Below, piece after piece: positions 11,532 through 19,897 of a stretch of 64,000 nucleotides of DNA. Numbering within the stretch: position 1 is the first letter of the stretch; each line of letters opens with the position of its first letter. The DNA comes from Alphaproteobacteria bacterium (GTDB taxonomy: Bacteria > Pseudomonadota > Alphaproteobacteria > JBMOFM01). The stretch covers positions 50,013-114,012 of the forward strand of contig JBMOFM010000006.1 of assembly GCA_049318825.1 (NCBI GenBank). Reading direction: 5' to 3'. The translations under genes and the position numbers were made by a program. The notes under the pieces were generated by a model that was given only the letters and a program-made list of their open reading frames with translations, searched no databases and was not told the origin of the DNA.

Positions 11532-13982
11532 ATGTCATCTCAAAATAATTTTTTTCTGAATAAATTACTTATCGCCAGTTTGGCAGCTCCTTTAGTGTGT
11601 TGGGCTGCTGTTGCTGATGCAGCTTCAAGTAAAGCCAGTCATCCGGCGCATGTATCGGTGGCGCAATCAGGTGCTAAAGGCACTGTGGCCGCAAAAGAAA
11701 GCAAGCGCTCGGCAGTGCAAGCCGAGTCGCCAGAAAAAAATGAGGTAAAATCCTCTGTAAGAGAATCATCGCAATTAATTGATGATTGGGTGCGTAAACT
11801 GGTCGCCTCCAACTACTTATACCACACCAATATTTTAGGCTTGGGCGTGGATAGAGGCACGGAGCTTTCTTTTGTAGAAGGTGAAGCAAAATATTTCTTT
11901 CCAGTGCCTTCAGGGGTGCAGCCTTCAGAGGCCAGTTTTGATTTAGGTGCATCCTATCAATCGGCATTTGCTGGTCAGAGTCACTTACAATTATCCGTTG
12001 AGGATATGCCATTGGCAACCGTTGGTTTAACCTCTACGGATCAGGTTTTATCTTCTCGCTATCCGCTTTCTGTGGCCAATATTTCTCCTTGGATTAAAGA
12101 TGGTTTCTTAGCGGTAAAAGCTAGATATTCAGGCGCCTTCACTAAGGATAGATGCTATGATCAGCGCGTATTGGGGGATCGTTTATATATAACACCGCAA
12201 ACTGGTATCACCTTGTCTTACCCATCCTACCGTATTGATGGTTTAGAAGCGGCGATGCGCTTGTTGCCTCATGAAGTTACCATCAGTTTACCTGCGGGCC
12301 AGTTGGATGAGGGTGGTTTTGAAACAGCCCTGAGCATGGCTTCAAGCTTAACCTCGGCTGGTCATCAGGTGCGCTTTGAGCGTTTGCCACATGCGGGTAT
12401 GTTGGTTAATGCTGTTGGTGGTGCTGCTGAAAAGGCATTGGTTGCTGTGCAGGCGTTATACCCCGATGTGCAAAAAAATGAACGCGGCGTGGTTAATCTC
12501 CCCGATGATCGTTCGGCTTTAGCTTGGGCTTTGGCTATTACCGCTTACGAGGTGGATGATCGTCCATTGTCGGATCATGATAAGCGTCCGGCCAATGGTA
12601 GTATTGGTCAGATTGTGTTAGCCAGTCAGGCTGATCTTGATGCGTTGCGTTCTGTAGCGCAAAATCTGGGGGTGGTAGCTGATCAGCATAATGCCAAAGA
12701 ATTATCGGCATTATTAAAACAGCGTTTCTTGGTGCCAGCAGCATCCACGGCGTTGCAGCAAGATGCCAATGTTTCCCTGTTACGTTTGGGAACACAGCCT
12801 TTGGTGTGGTTGAAGCCTTCAGTGCAAGTTGCAGGTGGTACAGTTACTGGCCAGCCAGCCGCCGCTTGGTTGGGTGGTGTTTGGCAGCCAACGGCTTCTG
12901 GTCAGACCGCTGCTTTAGTGAGCGTGTCGCGTGATCACAATACCGGCAAAAACTTTGTGCCATGGGAAGAATTGCCCCAACAATCAACGGCTATTCAGGA
13001 TATATCCTACCGTGGTAGCTGGGTAGCTTCTGTTCCTTTGTATGCTTTGCCAGCAGGTACCCGCCCTGAGCGTTTGGTGTTGGATATTATGCCGGGTGTT
13101 GATAGTGTTTCCGGCCCAACTATTGCTCAGGTTGAGGTGAATGGTGTATTACTTTACGCTGAGCGTGTAGAACAAGGTAAGGTTCACCGGATTTCTGTGA
13201 CTATTCCAGTGGCTTTGGTTCGTTTGTTTAACACGGTTGAGGTTACTGTTCAGCGGGCATTAGATGGTGGTGATTGCTTGCGCACTCCCGCTTCTTACTC
13301 AGCGCAGCTGTTGCCATCAAGCCGTGTTGAATTATCGGATATGGGCGAGGCATCGGCTTTCCATGATTTAAGCAGCTTGTTTCGTCAGGGGTTGACTATT
13401 TATCTGCCGCAATATGCAGCAGAGCAATCGGAAATATGGTTGGAAGCTTTATCGGCTCTTTCTCCCGGTTTGATTAGCCCTAATATTAACTCAAAAATCC
13501 AGTTTGTGGCTTCTGGGTCAACGCCGGCTAAACCAACTAGTCACTTCCTTGCTTTTGGGGTGCCATTGCCAGAGGGTGTTGTGGAGCCACCAATTTTGTT
13601 GGATAAAGGCCGTGTAACAGTACGTGCTTTGGATAATTCTGTGTTGCTTGATCTTGTTCCTGCTCAACCTTTGTGGGTGGCTCAATTAACCAAAATGAGC
13701 GATTATCAAGGCTTATGGCTATCCAGTCAAGCCATGGTGCCACCTCCAACTTGGAACAAGATTGGTTTGGATAGGGGGGATACTGCATTCTTAGATCGCG
13801 AACGTATTTCCTTATACCTACATTTGCGGTCACCAGCAGAGGCGCGGGTTGAATACCCAGCCACCAGTACAGTTCAGGATGTTTTGAAGCGTTATTGGAC
13901 CGCAGCTTTGGTGTTGTTGTGGTTGGTATTGAGTTTGGTGTTTGCCTTGTATCTGAAGCGGCACTACCGTTCTAAAAACTAA
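11532..13982 (+). CDS. large periplasmic protein with signal peptide and a single C-terminal TM anchor. BcsB-like architecture (putative polysaccharide synthase periplasmic subunit).
   Basis: 816 aa. N-terminal signal LLIASLAAPLVCWAAVADA, then a soluble part of about 770 aa, then a C-terminal hydrophobic helix ALVLLWLVLSLVFALYL followed by KRHYRSKN. It is immediately upstream of a BcsA-like GT2 synthase. The assignment rests on architecture and context only. Confidence 0.4.
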   Translation: MSSQNNFFLNKLLIASLAAPLVCWAAVADAASSKASHPAHVSVAQSGAKGTVAAKESKRSAVQAESPEKNEVKSSVRESSQLIDDWVRKLVASNYLYHTNILGLGVDRGTELSFVEGEAKYFFPVPSGVQPSEASFDLGASYQSAFAGQSHLQLSVEDMPLATVGLTSTDQVLSSRYPLSVANISPWIKDGFLAVKARYSGAFTKDRCYDQRVLGDRLYITPQTGITLSYPSYRIDGLEAAMRLLPHEVTISLPAGQLDEGGFETALSMASSLTSAGHQVRFERLPHAGMLVNAVGGAAEKALVAVQALYPDVQKNERGVVNLPDDRSALAWALAITAYEVDDRPLSDHDKRPANGSIGQIVLASQADLDALRSVAQNLGVVADQHNAKELSALLKQRFLVPAASTALQQDANVSLLRLGTQPLVWLKPSVQVAGGTVTGQPAAAWLGGVWQPTASGQTAALVSVSRDHNTGKNFVPWEELPQQSTAIQDISYRGSWVASVPLYALPAGTRPERLVLDIMPGVDSVSGPTIAQVEVNGVLLYAERVEQGKVHRISVTIPVALVRLFNTVEVTVQRALDGGDCLRTPASYSAQLLPSSRVELSDMGEASAFHDLSSLFRQGLTIYLPQYAAEQSEIWLEALSALSPGLISPNINSKIQFVASGSTPAKPTSHFLAFGVPLPEGVVEPPILLDKGRVTVRALDNSVLLDLVPAQPLWVAQLTKMSDYQGLWLSSQAMVPPPTWNKIGLDRGDTAFLDRERISLYLHLRSPAEARVEYPATSTVQDVLKRYWTAALVLLWLVLSLVFALYLKRHYRSKN

Positions 13983-13990
13983 TTTGATGA

Positions 13991-14024
13991 AAGGGTAGCG
14001 TGCATGGGTGCGCCGCCCTTTTAA
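13991..14024 (+). terminator. possible intrinsic terminator or attenuator between the BcsB-like gene and the GT2 synthase
   Basis: 10-bp stem (aagggtagcg / cgccgccctt, one mismatch and one G-T pair), 10-nt loop, followed by a T-rich ttaattattggttt. Confidence 0.3.
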
Positions 14025-14119
14025 TTATTGGTTTGCTCTGATGCCATTCTACGCTTTTAATTACATCTAGCTAACCATCGTGCTTCATGTGTCTTTAATG
14101 GCTTGAGGCTTTTTTATGT

Positions 14120-16072
14120 TTGCTCTCGAATAAAGTATTTTTCATGTTACGTGCAGACAGTGATATAGGTCAATTTTTGATTGCTAAGGGGTTATTGAGA
14201 TCTGAGGCATGGTTGTCAGCTATTGCCAATGCCAAGATAGATAATAAACCATTATCCGAGGTTCTTCAGCGTGAAGCGGGGATAAATAAGGATGAGTATT
14301 TTCAGTCAACGGCTCAGTATTATAACCTGCCTTATGCAGATCTTGCTGCTTTTCCACCTGATATTTCCTTGTTTAAGTTGGATGATATGCAAGAATATGT
14401 CACCAATCAGGTGGTGCCATGGAAGATGGAAAATGGCAGAATGCTATTGGCAACCGCCTATCCAGGGCCAGATACTTTATTGTATGCCATGCGCCGCTAT
14501 GGTTCTTCTGTTGGCTTGGCGGTAGCTTCCGATGTGGCGGTAAAAAATGCACTACAGCATTTATATGGTGATGAAGCCTCGCATCTGGCTGTGCATGGTT
14601 TGAAAGAGAAGGATATAGACTCTTCTGCTTCTACCGTGTTGACTTTTCCCCAAAAGATATTTCTTTATATTCTTGCGTCTTGTATCCTATTGGGTTTCGC
14701 TTTTGATGGTTGGCGTACCTTATTGGTGATTAATATTGTGATGACATTCTTTTATTTGGGCAATTTTGTGCTTAAATCAGCCTTATTGTGGGTTGGTGGA
14801 CGTACTCGCCGCGTAGAAAATGATCGCTTGCAGTTGATGGCTGATAATCTACGGGATGAAGATTTGCCTGTTTATAGTATTTTAGTGCCTATGTACAAGG
14901 AAGCTCGAATATTAGAGGGGTTGGTGCAAAGTTTGCAGAAACTGGATTATCCGCCAGAAAAGCTTGATATTAAATTGGTGCTTGAGCAAGATGATTTGGA
15001 AACATTAGAAGCGGCCAAAGCCATGAATTTGGATAGCCGTTTTGATGTGGTGATAGTGCCCACAACTTTGCCCAAAACCAAGCCTAAGGCCTGTAATTAT
15101 GCGCTGCATTTTTGCCGTGGCGATTATATTGTTATTTATGATGCAGAAGACAAGCCTGAGCCGGATCAATTGCGTAAGGCTGTGGCGACTTTCAATATTT
15201 CCTCCCCTAAGGTTGTGTGTTTGCAGGCCTGCTTAAATTATTATAATGCCGAAGAAAATTGGCTGACGCGATTATTTACCTTGGATTATTCTTTATGGTT
15301 TGATTTTTTGCTCCCCGGCTTAGAAAAATGGAATATTCCTATTCCGCTGGGAGGGACATCCAACCATTTTAGGATCGCTGCTTTACGTGAGGTATGGGGC
15401 TGGGATCCATATAATGTGACGGAAGATGCGGATTTGGGTTTACGTTTAGCGCGTAAAGGCTATAGCGTTAGTATTGTGCCTTCTACCACTTTTGAAGAGG
15501 CCAATTGCCATATGGGTAATTGGGTAAAGCAGCGTTCTCGCTGGATTAAGGGATATTTTCAAACATTTTTTGTGCATTTACGCACCCCCATTGCTTTGTG
15601 GAGAACCTTGGGAACAAGGGGCTTTTTCGGCTTTTTGTTTTTTATTGGTGGCACCATGCTATCGGGTATCCTTAACCCCATATTCTGGGCAATGTATATT
15701 TTTTGGCTAGTCAGCGGTACCAGTGCCCTTGATCCCATGTTTCCCGGACTATTATTCCATATCAGTTTGTTTAACTTGATGATTGGCAATGGTATATTTA
15801 TTTTCTTGATGTTGGCGGCTCCGGTACGTAGAGGCTGGCTGGAATTGGCACCATTTGCTCTTACCGTATTTTTATATTGGGTGTTGATGTCGATTGCCGC
15901 ATGGCGTGCGCTCATTCAGCTGGTTAAAAATCCTTTTTACTGGGATAAAACGGTGCATGGTATCAGTAAACATAAGAATCAAGAAAATGATAAGGGGGGG
16001 CCATCCTCTGGTAATTTCTCATCGCACAGCTTTAATGACCGCTTGCGTAGTTTGCGTCAAGGGAGGCCATAG
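14120..16072 (+). CDS. processive family-2 glycosyltransferase (BcsA/CrdS-like beta-glycan synthase) with an N-terminal T2SSE_N/MshEN-like cytoplasmic domain
   Basis: 650 aa. About 170-aa N-terminal soluble domain containing IGQFLIAKGLLRSEAWLSAI...PLSEVLQ; two TM helices; a GT-A core with acidic D motifs (DAED) and QRSRW (Q-x-x-R-W); four C-terminal TM helices; then a short tail with no PilZ domain. Confidence 0.7.
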   Translation: MLSNKVFFMLRADSDIGQFLIAKGLLRSEAWLSAIANAKIDNKPLSEVLQREAGINKDEYFQSTAQYYNLPYADLAAFPPDISLFKLDDMQEYVTNQVVPWKMENGRMLLATAYPGPDTLLYAMRRYGSSVGLAVASDVAVKNALQHLYGDEASHLAVHGLKEKDIDSSASTVLTFPQKIFLYILASCILLGFAFDGWRTLLVINIVMTFFYLGNFVLKSALLWVGGRTRRVENDRLQLMADNLRDEDLPVYSILVPMYKEARILEGLVQSLQKLDYPPEKLDIKLVLEQDDLETLEAAKAMNLDSRFDVVIVPTTLPKTKPKACNYALHFCRGDYIVIYDAEDKPEPDQLRKAVATFNISSPKVVCLQACLNYYNAEENWLTRLFTLDYSLWFDFLLPGLEKWNIPIPLGGTSNHFRIAALREVWGWDPYNVTEDADLGLRLARKGYSVSIVPSTTFEEANCHMGNWVKQRSRWIKGYFQTFFVHLRTPIALWRTLGTRGFFGFLFFIGGTMLSGILNPIFWAMYIFWLVSGTSALDPMFPGLLFHISLFNLMIGNGIFIFLMLAAPVRRGWLELAPFALTVFLYWVLMSIAAWRALIQLVKNPFYWDKTVHGISKHKNQENDKGGPSSGNFSSHSFNDRLRSLRQGRP

Positions 16073-16079
16073 GGTAATA

Positions 16080-17915
16080 ATGGCTGATCAAAATAACATG
16101 CACGGTGCGGGTAAGGTTGTCGTTGATTATGATCTTGCGCAATATCGTGGCTTAAAACCATCGGCTGCCGGTAATGTGGCTGAAGAGGCCTCTTTTTTTG
16201 CGGGGGAAGGGCGCATAAAAAAATCTAGCCGTGCATCTGTGTATGATCAACGTCCAGCTTTATCGCGTGGGCAATTGCAGATGTTATTGTGGATGGCCTT
16301 CTTTTTTATTGCCGTGGTGATGGGAAGCTTGTGGTTAATGCATGCTCCATTTTCTCCTGATAATTTGGAAAATTGGGCGGCGGCGATTATTACCCGTGAT
16401 AATATGGATAGTTTTCGGGCTCGTTTTGCGGTGCAGGTATCGCCCTTACCCTTCTGGATCCATTATTTTTTACAATCATTTCCGGGTTTGGGGAATGTGC
16501 CGTCCTCGTGGTTAGCTGCTACTATCGTTCACTCTTTATTATTAATGCAGTGGTACGGCTTGCTGAAAAAAACCAAGGTAGGGCAGTTTTACAGTGTAGC
16601 CTTTGCTCTATTAGCTGGTTTGAACCCCATGGTATTATGGGCGATATGGCAAGGCACGGGCTGTGCTTTGTTGCTTTTCTTTTTTACATGGGCCGCGCGG
16701 GCAGCCTTCTTGGTGCGGCAATTACCCAATGAACGCTCGGTAATGGGGTTTGCGGTGGCGCTTTGTGGGATGTGTTTATCCCACCCCTTGGGTTATTATA
16801 TTTTATTTGGGATGATCCCATTTCTATCCTGGCTGGCAGCCCCGCAGATGCTTGCGCGCAGCATTCGCGGTTATCTCTCGATTATTTTATTCCCTTCCAT
16901 GTTATCCTTAGGGGCTGTGGTTTATCTGCACTGGCTATTTTTGGGCGATGGTTTAATTTTTATTCGTGATGCACAAGGCCCATTTGCAGGTGCTATGCGT
17001 ACCTTGCAACAATCAATATGGGCGATGCGTAATCAGGGCAAAATTATTGAACCCATGGCCTTTTTCTTTGTAGCGTCGGTATTTATTACCCCAGCCTTAA
17101 GCCGTGCATTCTGGTTAAGCAGAGCAAGGTTGTTACGGTTGGTGCCTGCTGCTGTGATGATGATGGGGATTATAGCCGGCGGTACCTTGGCTTCTTCCTT
17201 GGCGTATTTAGATCACCCAGCCACTATTTTATGCTTATATATCAGTTTATTGGCAGCTTTTACGGCCACGGGCGACCGTCCACCACCAGAGCCGCAGCGT
17301 TTGCTTGGCTTAATGTCTGTGGGTTGGTTTGTGGGCTTATTTATTTTATTTGTGTTTCCCAGCAAAAACACGGCTGATTTTTTAAGCGCGATTATTGGCC
17401 GAGAAAGCGAAGAACGGTTGGTTCAAAATCGTTTGATGGCCTTTAGTAGCCATTTTAAGGATTGTGATACCGTGTTGGTGGATGAAGAAGGGGCGTCGAT
17501 ATTAATAGACGGCTATGGGGATGGAAAAAAATTAATGCCGGGTGCTTCCCCTGGATTCTCCCGTTCCGTGTTATCTCGTCGTCCTGAGGGGGATTGTATT
17601 TTAGTGCCGCACCCTGGCAGTAGTGCAGGGAAAAAAGATCGCCTTAATCATGCTTGGCCTAATTTATACAAAGATGGTATTAATGGATATTTTCTGGTGG
17701 GTGAGCAAGATGATTGGCGTTTATATCAACGCTACGGCATGTTGAGAAAAAATCAGAAAATTCAGTTGTTACCAACTTATACACCAAATTCTGCTACACC
17801 AGAAACAGGTAAGCTAGAAAAGGCTACGCCGACAATAGTAAAACCAGAAGAAATAAAACCAGAAACAGTAAAAAATGTAAAACCATTATCGGTTGAAGAA
17901 AAAAAGCTAGATTAG
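16080..17915 (+). CDS. polytopic inner-membrane protein (about 12 TM) with a C-terminal Pro/Lys/Glu-rich tail, function unknown
   Basis: Start reassigned to ATG 16080, 8 nt after the GT2 stop and preceded by GGGAGG. The first 400 aa are many hydrophobic segments, followed by a roughly 200-aa soluble region ending in the repetitive ATPETGKLEKATPTIVKPEEIKPETVKNVKPLSVEEKKLD. The track ORF 15894.. overlaps the GT2 gene and is taken as an over-extension. Confidence 0.5.
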   Translation: MADQNNMHGAGKVVVDYDLAQYRGLKPSAAGNVAEEASFFAGEGRIKKSSRASVYDQRPALSRGQLQMLLWMAFFFIAVVMGSLWLMHAPFSPDNLENWAAAIITRDNMDSFRARFAVQVSPLPFWIHYFLQSFPGLGNVPSSWLAATIVHSLLLMQWYGLLKKTKVGQFYSVAFALLAGLNPMVLWAIWQGTGCALLLFFFTWAARAAFLVRQLPNERSVMGFAVALCGMCLSHPLGYYILFGMIPFLSWLAAPQMLARSIRGYLSIILFPSMLSLGAVVYLHWLFLGDGLIFIRDAQGPFAGAMRTLQQSIWAMRNQGKIIEPMAFFFVASVFITPALSRAFWLSRARLLRLVPAAVMMMGIIAGGTLASSLAYLDHPATILCLYISLLAAFTATGDRPPPEPQRLLGLMSVGWFVGLFILFVFPSKNTADFLSAIIGRESEERLVQNRLMAFSSHFKDCDTVLVDEEGASILIDGYGDGKKLMPGASPGFSRSVLSRRPEGDCILVPHPGSSAGKKDRLNHAWPNLYKDGINGYFLVGEQDDWRLYQRYGMLRKNQKIQLLPTYTPNSATPETGKLEKATPTIVKPEEIKPETVKNVKPLSVEEKKLD

Positions 17916-17970
17916 GGTGTTTCGCTGTACGCAGCATTATCTGCGGTGAATTTTGGATGAGGTGTGGTGC

Positions 17971-18978
17971 ATGAGGCTGCTTGTTGTAGATGATTCTGAT
18001 ATTTCGCGTGCCATGATTGGTGCTATTCTTAGCCGTGCTGGTTATGAGAATATTATTTTTGCCAATAGTGCCGATGAAGCCTTTGCTATTTTGGATATAG
18101 ATAATAACGCAGAAAAATCAGGCCCGTTGGTGGATTTAATTCTGCTGGATGTGTTAATGCCTAAGGTAAATGGCTTGGAAGCCTGCGCTAGAATTAAGGC
18201 CAATGTGCGTTATCGTCATGTGCCGGTGATTATTGCCACCACTTTAGTGGATGAAGAATATATGGCACAGGCTTTTACAGCGGGTGCTATCGATTTTGTT
18301 ACCAAGCCAGTTTCAGCGTTGGAATTGGTGTGCCGCACCCGCAATGCGCTGAAATTGAAAATGGAGATGGATCGCGCCTTGCAGCGTGAAAATGAATTGG
18401 TGTTATTATTGGCGGAAGCCCGCAGCACTGGTTCTGCTATTGGGATGAAGCTACCGCAGGTAAGCATAGATGTAACCACGGGGTTGCCCAATTTATTAGT
18501 GTTGGAGCATACGGTAGAATGGTTGTGCCAAAACAAGCTGTTTTCGCCCCTATCATTAAGTTTTTTTGAGATTAATGATTTTGCGGCCTATCAAACCTAT
18601 CAAGGGCATCCCGCGGCGGATCGTTTATCATTTTTAGTGGCCACGGCGTTACAGCGCCAATTATTGCATTTGGGGGCCAGTTTATTTCATGTGCGGGCGG
18701 GATTATTTGCCGTGATTGACCGCGATGCAGAATGGGAAAAATTACAACAGAGCGTGCCCGCCATTGTGGATGCTGTTTCTACGTTGCGTTTACCCCACGC
18801 TCATGCCACCGAGGGGGAGATTGTGACCTTGTCGGCGGCGGCGGTTTTTGCGGATAGTGGTCAGCGTTTGCAGCATCACTGGTTGATCAGGGGGGCAGAG
18901 GCCAATTTAGAAGACGCCAAAAAACTGGAAGATAAGCTAAAATTGGTGAAGTTGGTTGATTGGTTAGCGGTGAATTAG
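17971..18978 (+). CDS. response regulator: REC receiver domain plus a degenerate GGDEF-like C-terminal domain
   Basis: REC features: VVDDSD, phospho-acceptor D in LILLDVLMP, and T/K positions. The C-terminal half has a GGDEF-like fold signature (GLPN, INDFAAYQTYQGHPAADRL) but the catalytic GG(D/E)EF position reads RAGLF, so it is probably not an active cyclase. Confidence 0.6.
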   Translation: MRLLVVDDSDISRAMIGAILSRAGYENIIFANSADEAFAILDIDNNAEKSGPLVDLILLDVLMPKVNGLEACARIKANVRYRHVPVIIATTLVDEEYMAQAFTAGAIDFVTKPVSALELVCRTRNALKLKMEMDRALQRENELVLLLAEARSTGSAIGMKLPQVSIDVTTGLPNLLVLEHTVEWLCQNKLFSPLSLSFFEINDFAAYQTYQGHPAADRLSFLVATALQRQLLHLGASLFHVRAGLFAVIDRDAEWEKLQQSVPAIVDAVSTLRLPHAHATEGEIVTLSAAAVFADSGQRLQHHWLIRGAEANLEDAKKLEDKLKLVKLVDWLAVN

Positions 18979-19057
18979 GCTGCATGGATAAGACCCCCAT
19001 AGCCTGCGCTGAGCAGTGGATGGGGGGTATTTTTTACTGGTTGGATTTTTAATAATG

Positions 19058-19864
19058 AAGAACATAACAACATTAAAAATAGTCACATTATTGGCTTGGG
19101 GCGCTGTATTTGGTGCTGGGGAAGCAAGAGCGGGTGCTTGGACATTAAACCCTGGGGTGGGGCAGGTGATCACCAGTATTACCGCGGGTAATGCCAGCAG
19201 CTATTATGCTGATAATAGTGGCAAGAAATTGAATAAAACCGAGCTAACGGTTTATGGCGAATATGGGGTGAACCCATGGCTTACGGCCATTGTTGCGCCG
19301 CGCCAACAATGGTTTCGTTACAAACAAACTGGCTTTGCTAATAATGGCGATTTTACCTCGGTAGAGGCTGGCTTTCGCATGCGTTTATGGCAAAGCAATG
19401 CTTCGGTATTTTCGTTTCAGCTCACTGGTATTACCTCGTTGCGTGATTCTAGCAGTGGCGGTAATAATTTTGGCGGCAAGGGCGTGGAATATGATGTGCG
19501 TGGCTTATATGGCTATGGTATTTCGCCATTTATGGTCTCGAAGGGTGAACATGCCGATTTGTTTAGCCTGCCCATGTATGTGAATGCCGAAATCGCTTTC
19601 CGTGGGCGACCATCGCCATTATCGGATGAGGTGCGCACCGATATTGCCTTGGGCATTAAACCCAGCGATCGTTGGGAAATTCCTTTGCAATATTATGGCA
19701 TTTATGGGTTGGATGATGGTTATACCGGCCATAAGCTGCAATTATCTGGCATTTATGCCGTGGCGCCCGATTGGTTGGTGCAAGGCGGTGGCTATTACAC
19801 TTTTGCGGGGTCTGATTTCCCTAAAGAGCGCGGTGGCTTGCTGGCCGTGTGGAAGAAATTTTAA
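19058..19864 (+). CDS. small outer-membrane beta-barrel protein (possible porin or exporter)
   Basis: Signal peptide LAWGAVFGAGEARA; alternating amphipathic beta-strand pattern; C-terminal aromatic residue (...LAVWKKF), which is the OMP signature. Start moved to MKNITTLK. Confidence 0.5.
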   Translation, partial: KNITTLKIVTLLAWGAVFGAGEARAGAWTLNPGVGQVITSITAGNASSYYADNSGKKLNKTELTVYGEYGVNPWLTAIVAPRQQWFRYKQTGFANNGDFTSVEAGFRMRLWQSNASVFSFQLTGITSLRDSSSGGNNFGGKGVEYDVRGLYGYGISPFMVSKGEHADLFSLPMYVNAEIAFRGRPSPLSDEVRTDIALGIKPSDRWEIPLQYYGIYGLDDGYTGHKLQLSGIYAVAPDWLVQGGGYYTFAGSDFPKERGGLLAVWKKF

Positions 19865-19897
19865 GCCTGCGGCGGAAACTATTGCAAAATAGGGGCA

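Noticed and set aside
15894-16079. Track start of the membrane protein at 15894, overlapping the GT2 gene by 180 bp
   Set aside because: It runs in an alternative frame through the conserved C-terminus of the synthase. ATG 16080 has an RBS and sits right after the GT2 stop.
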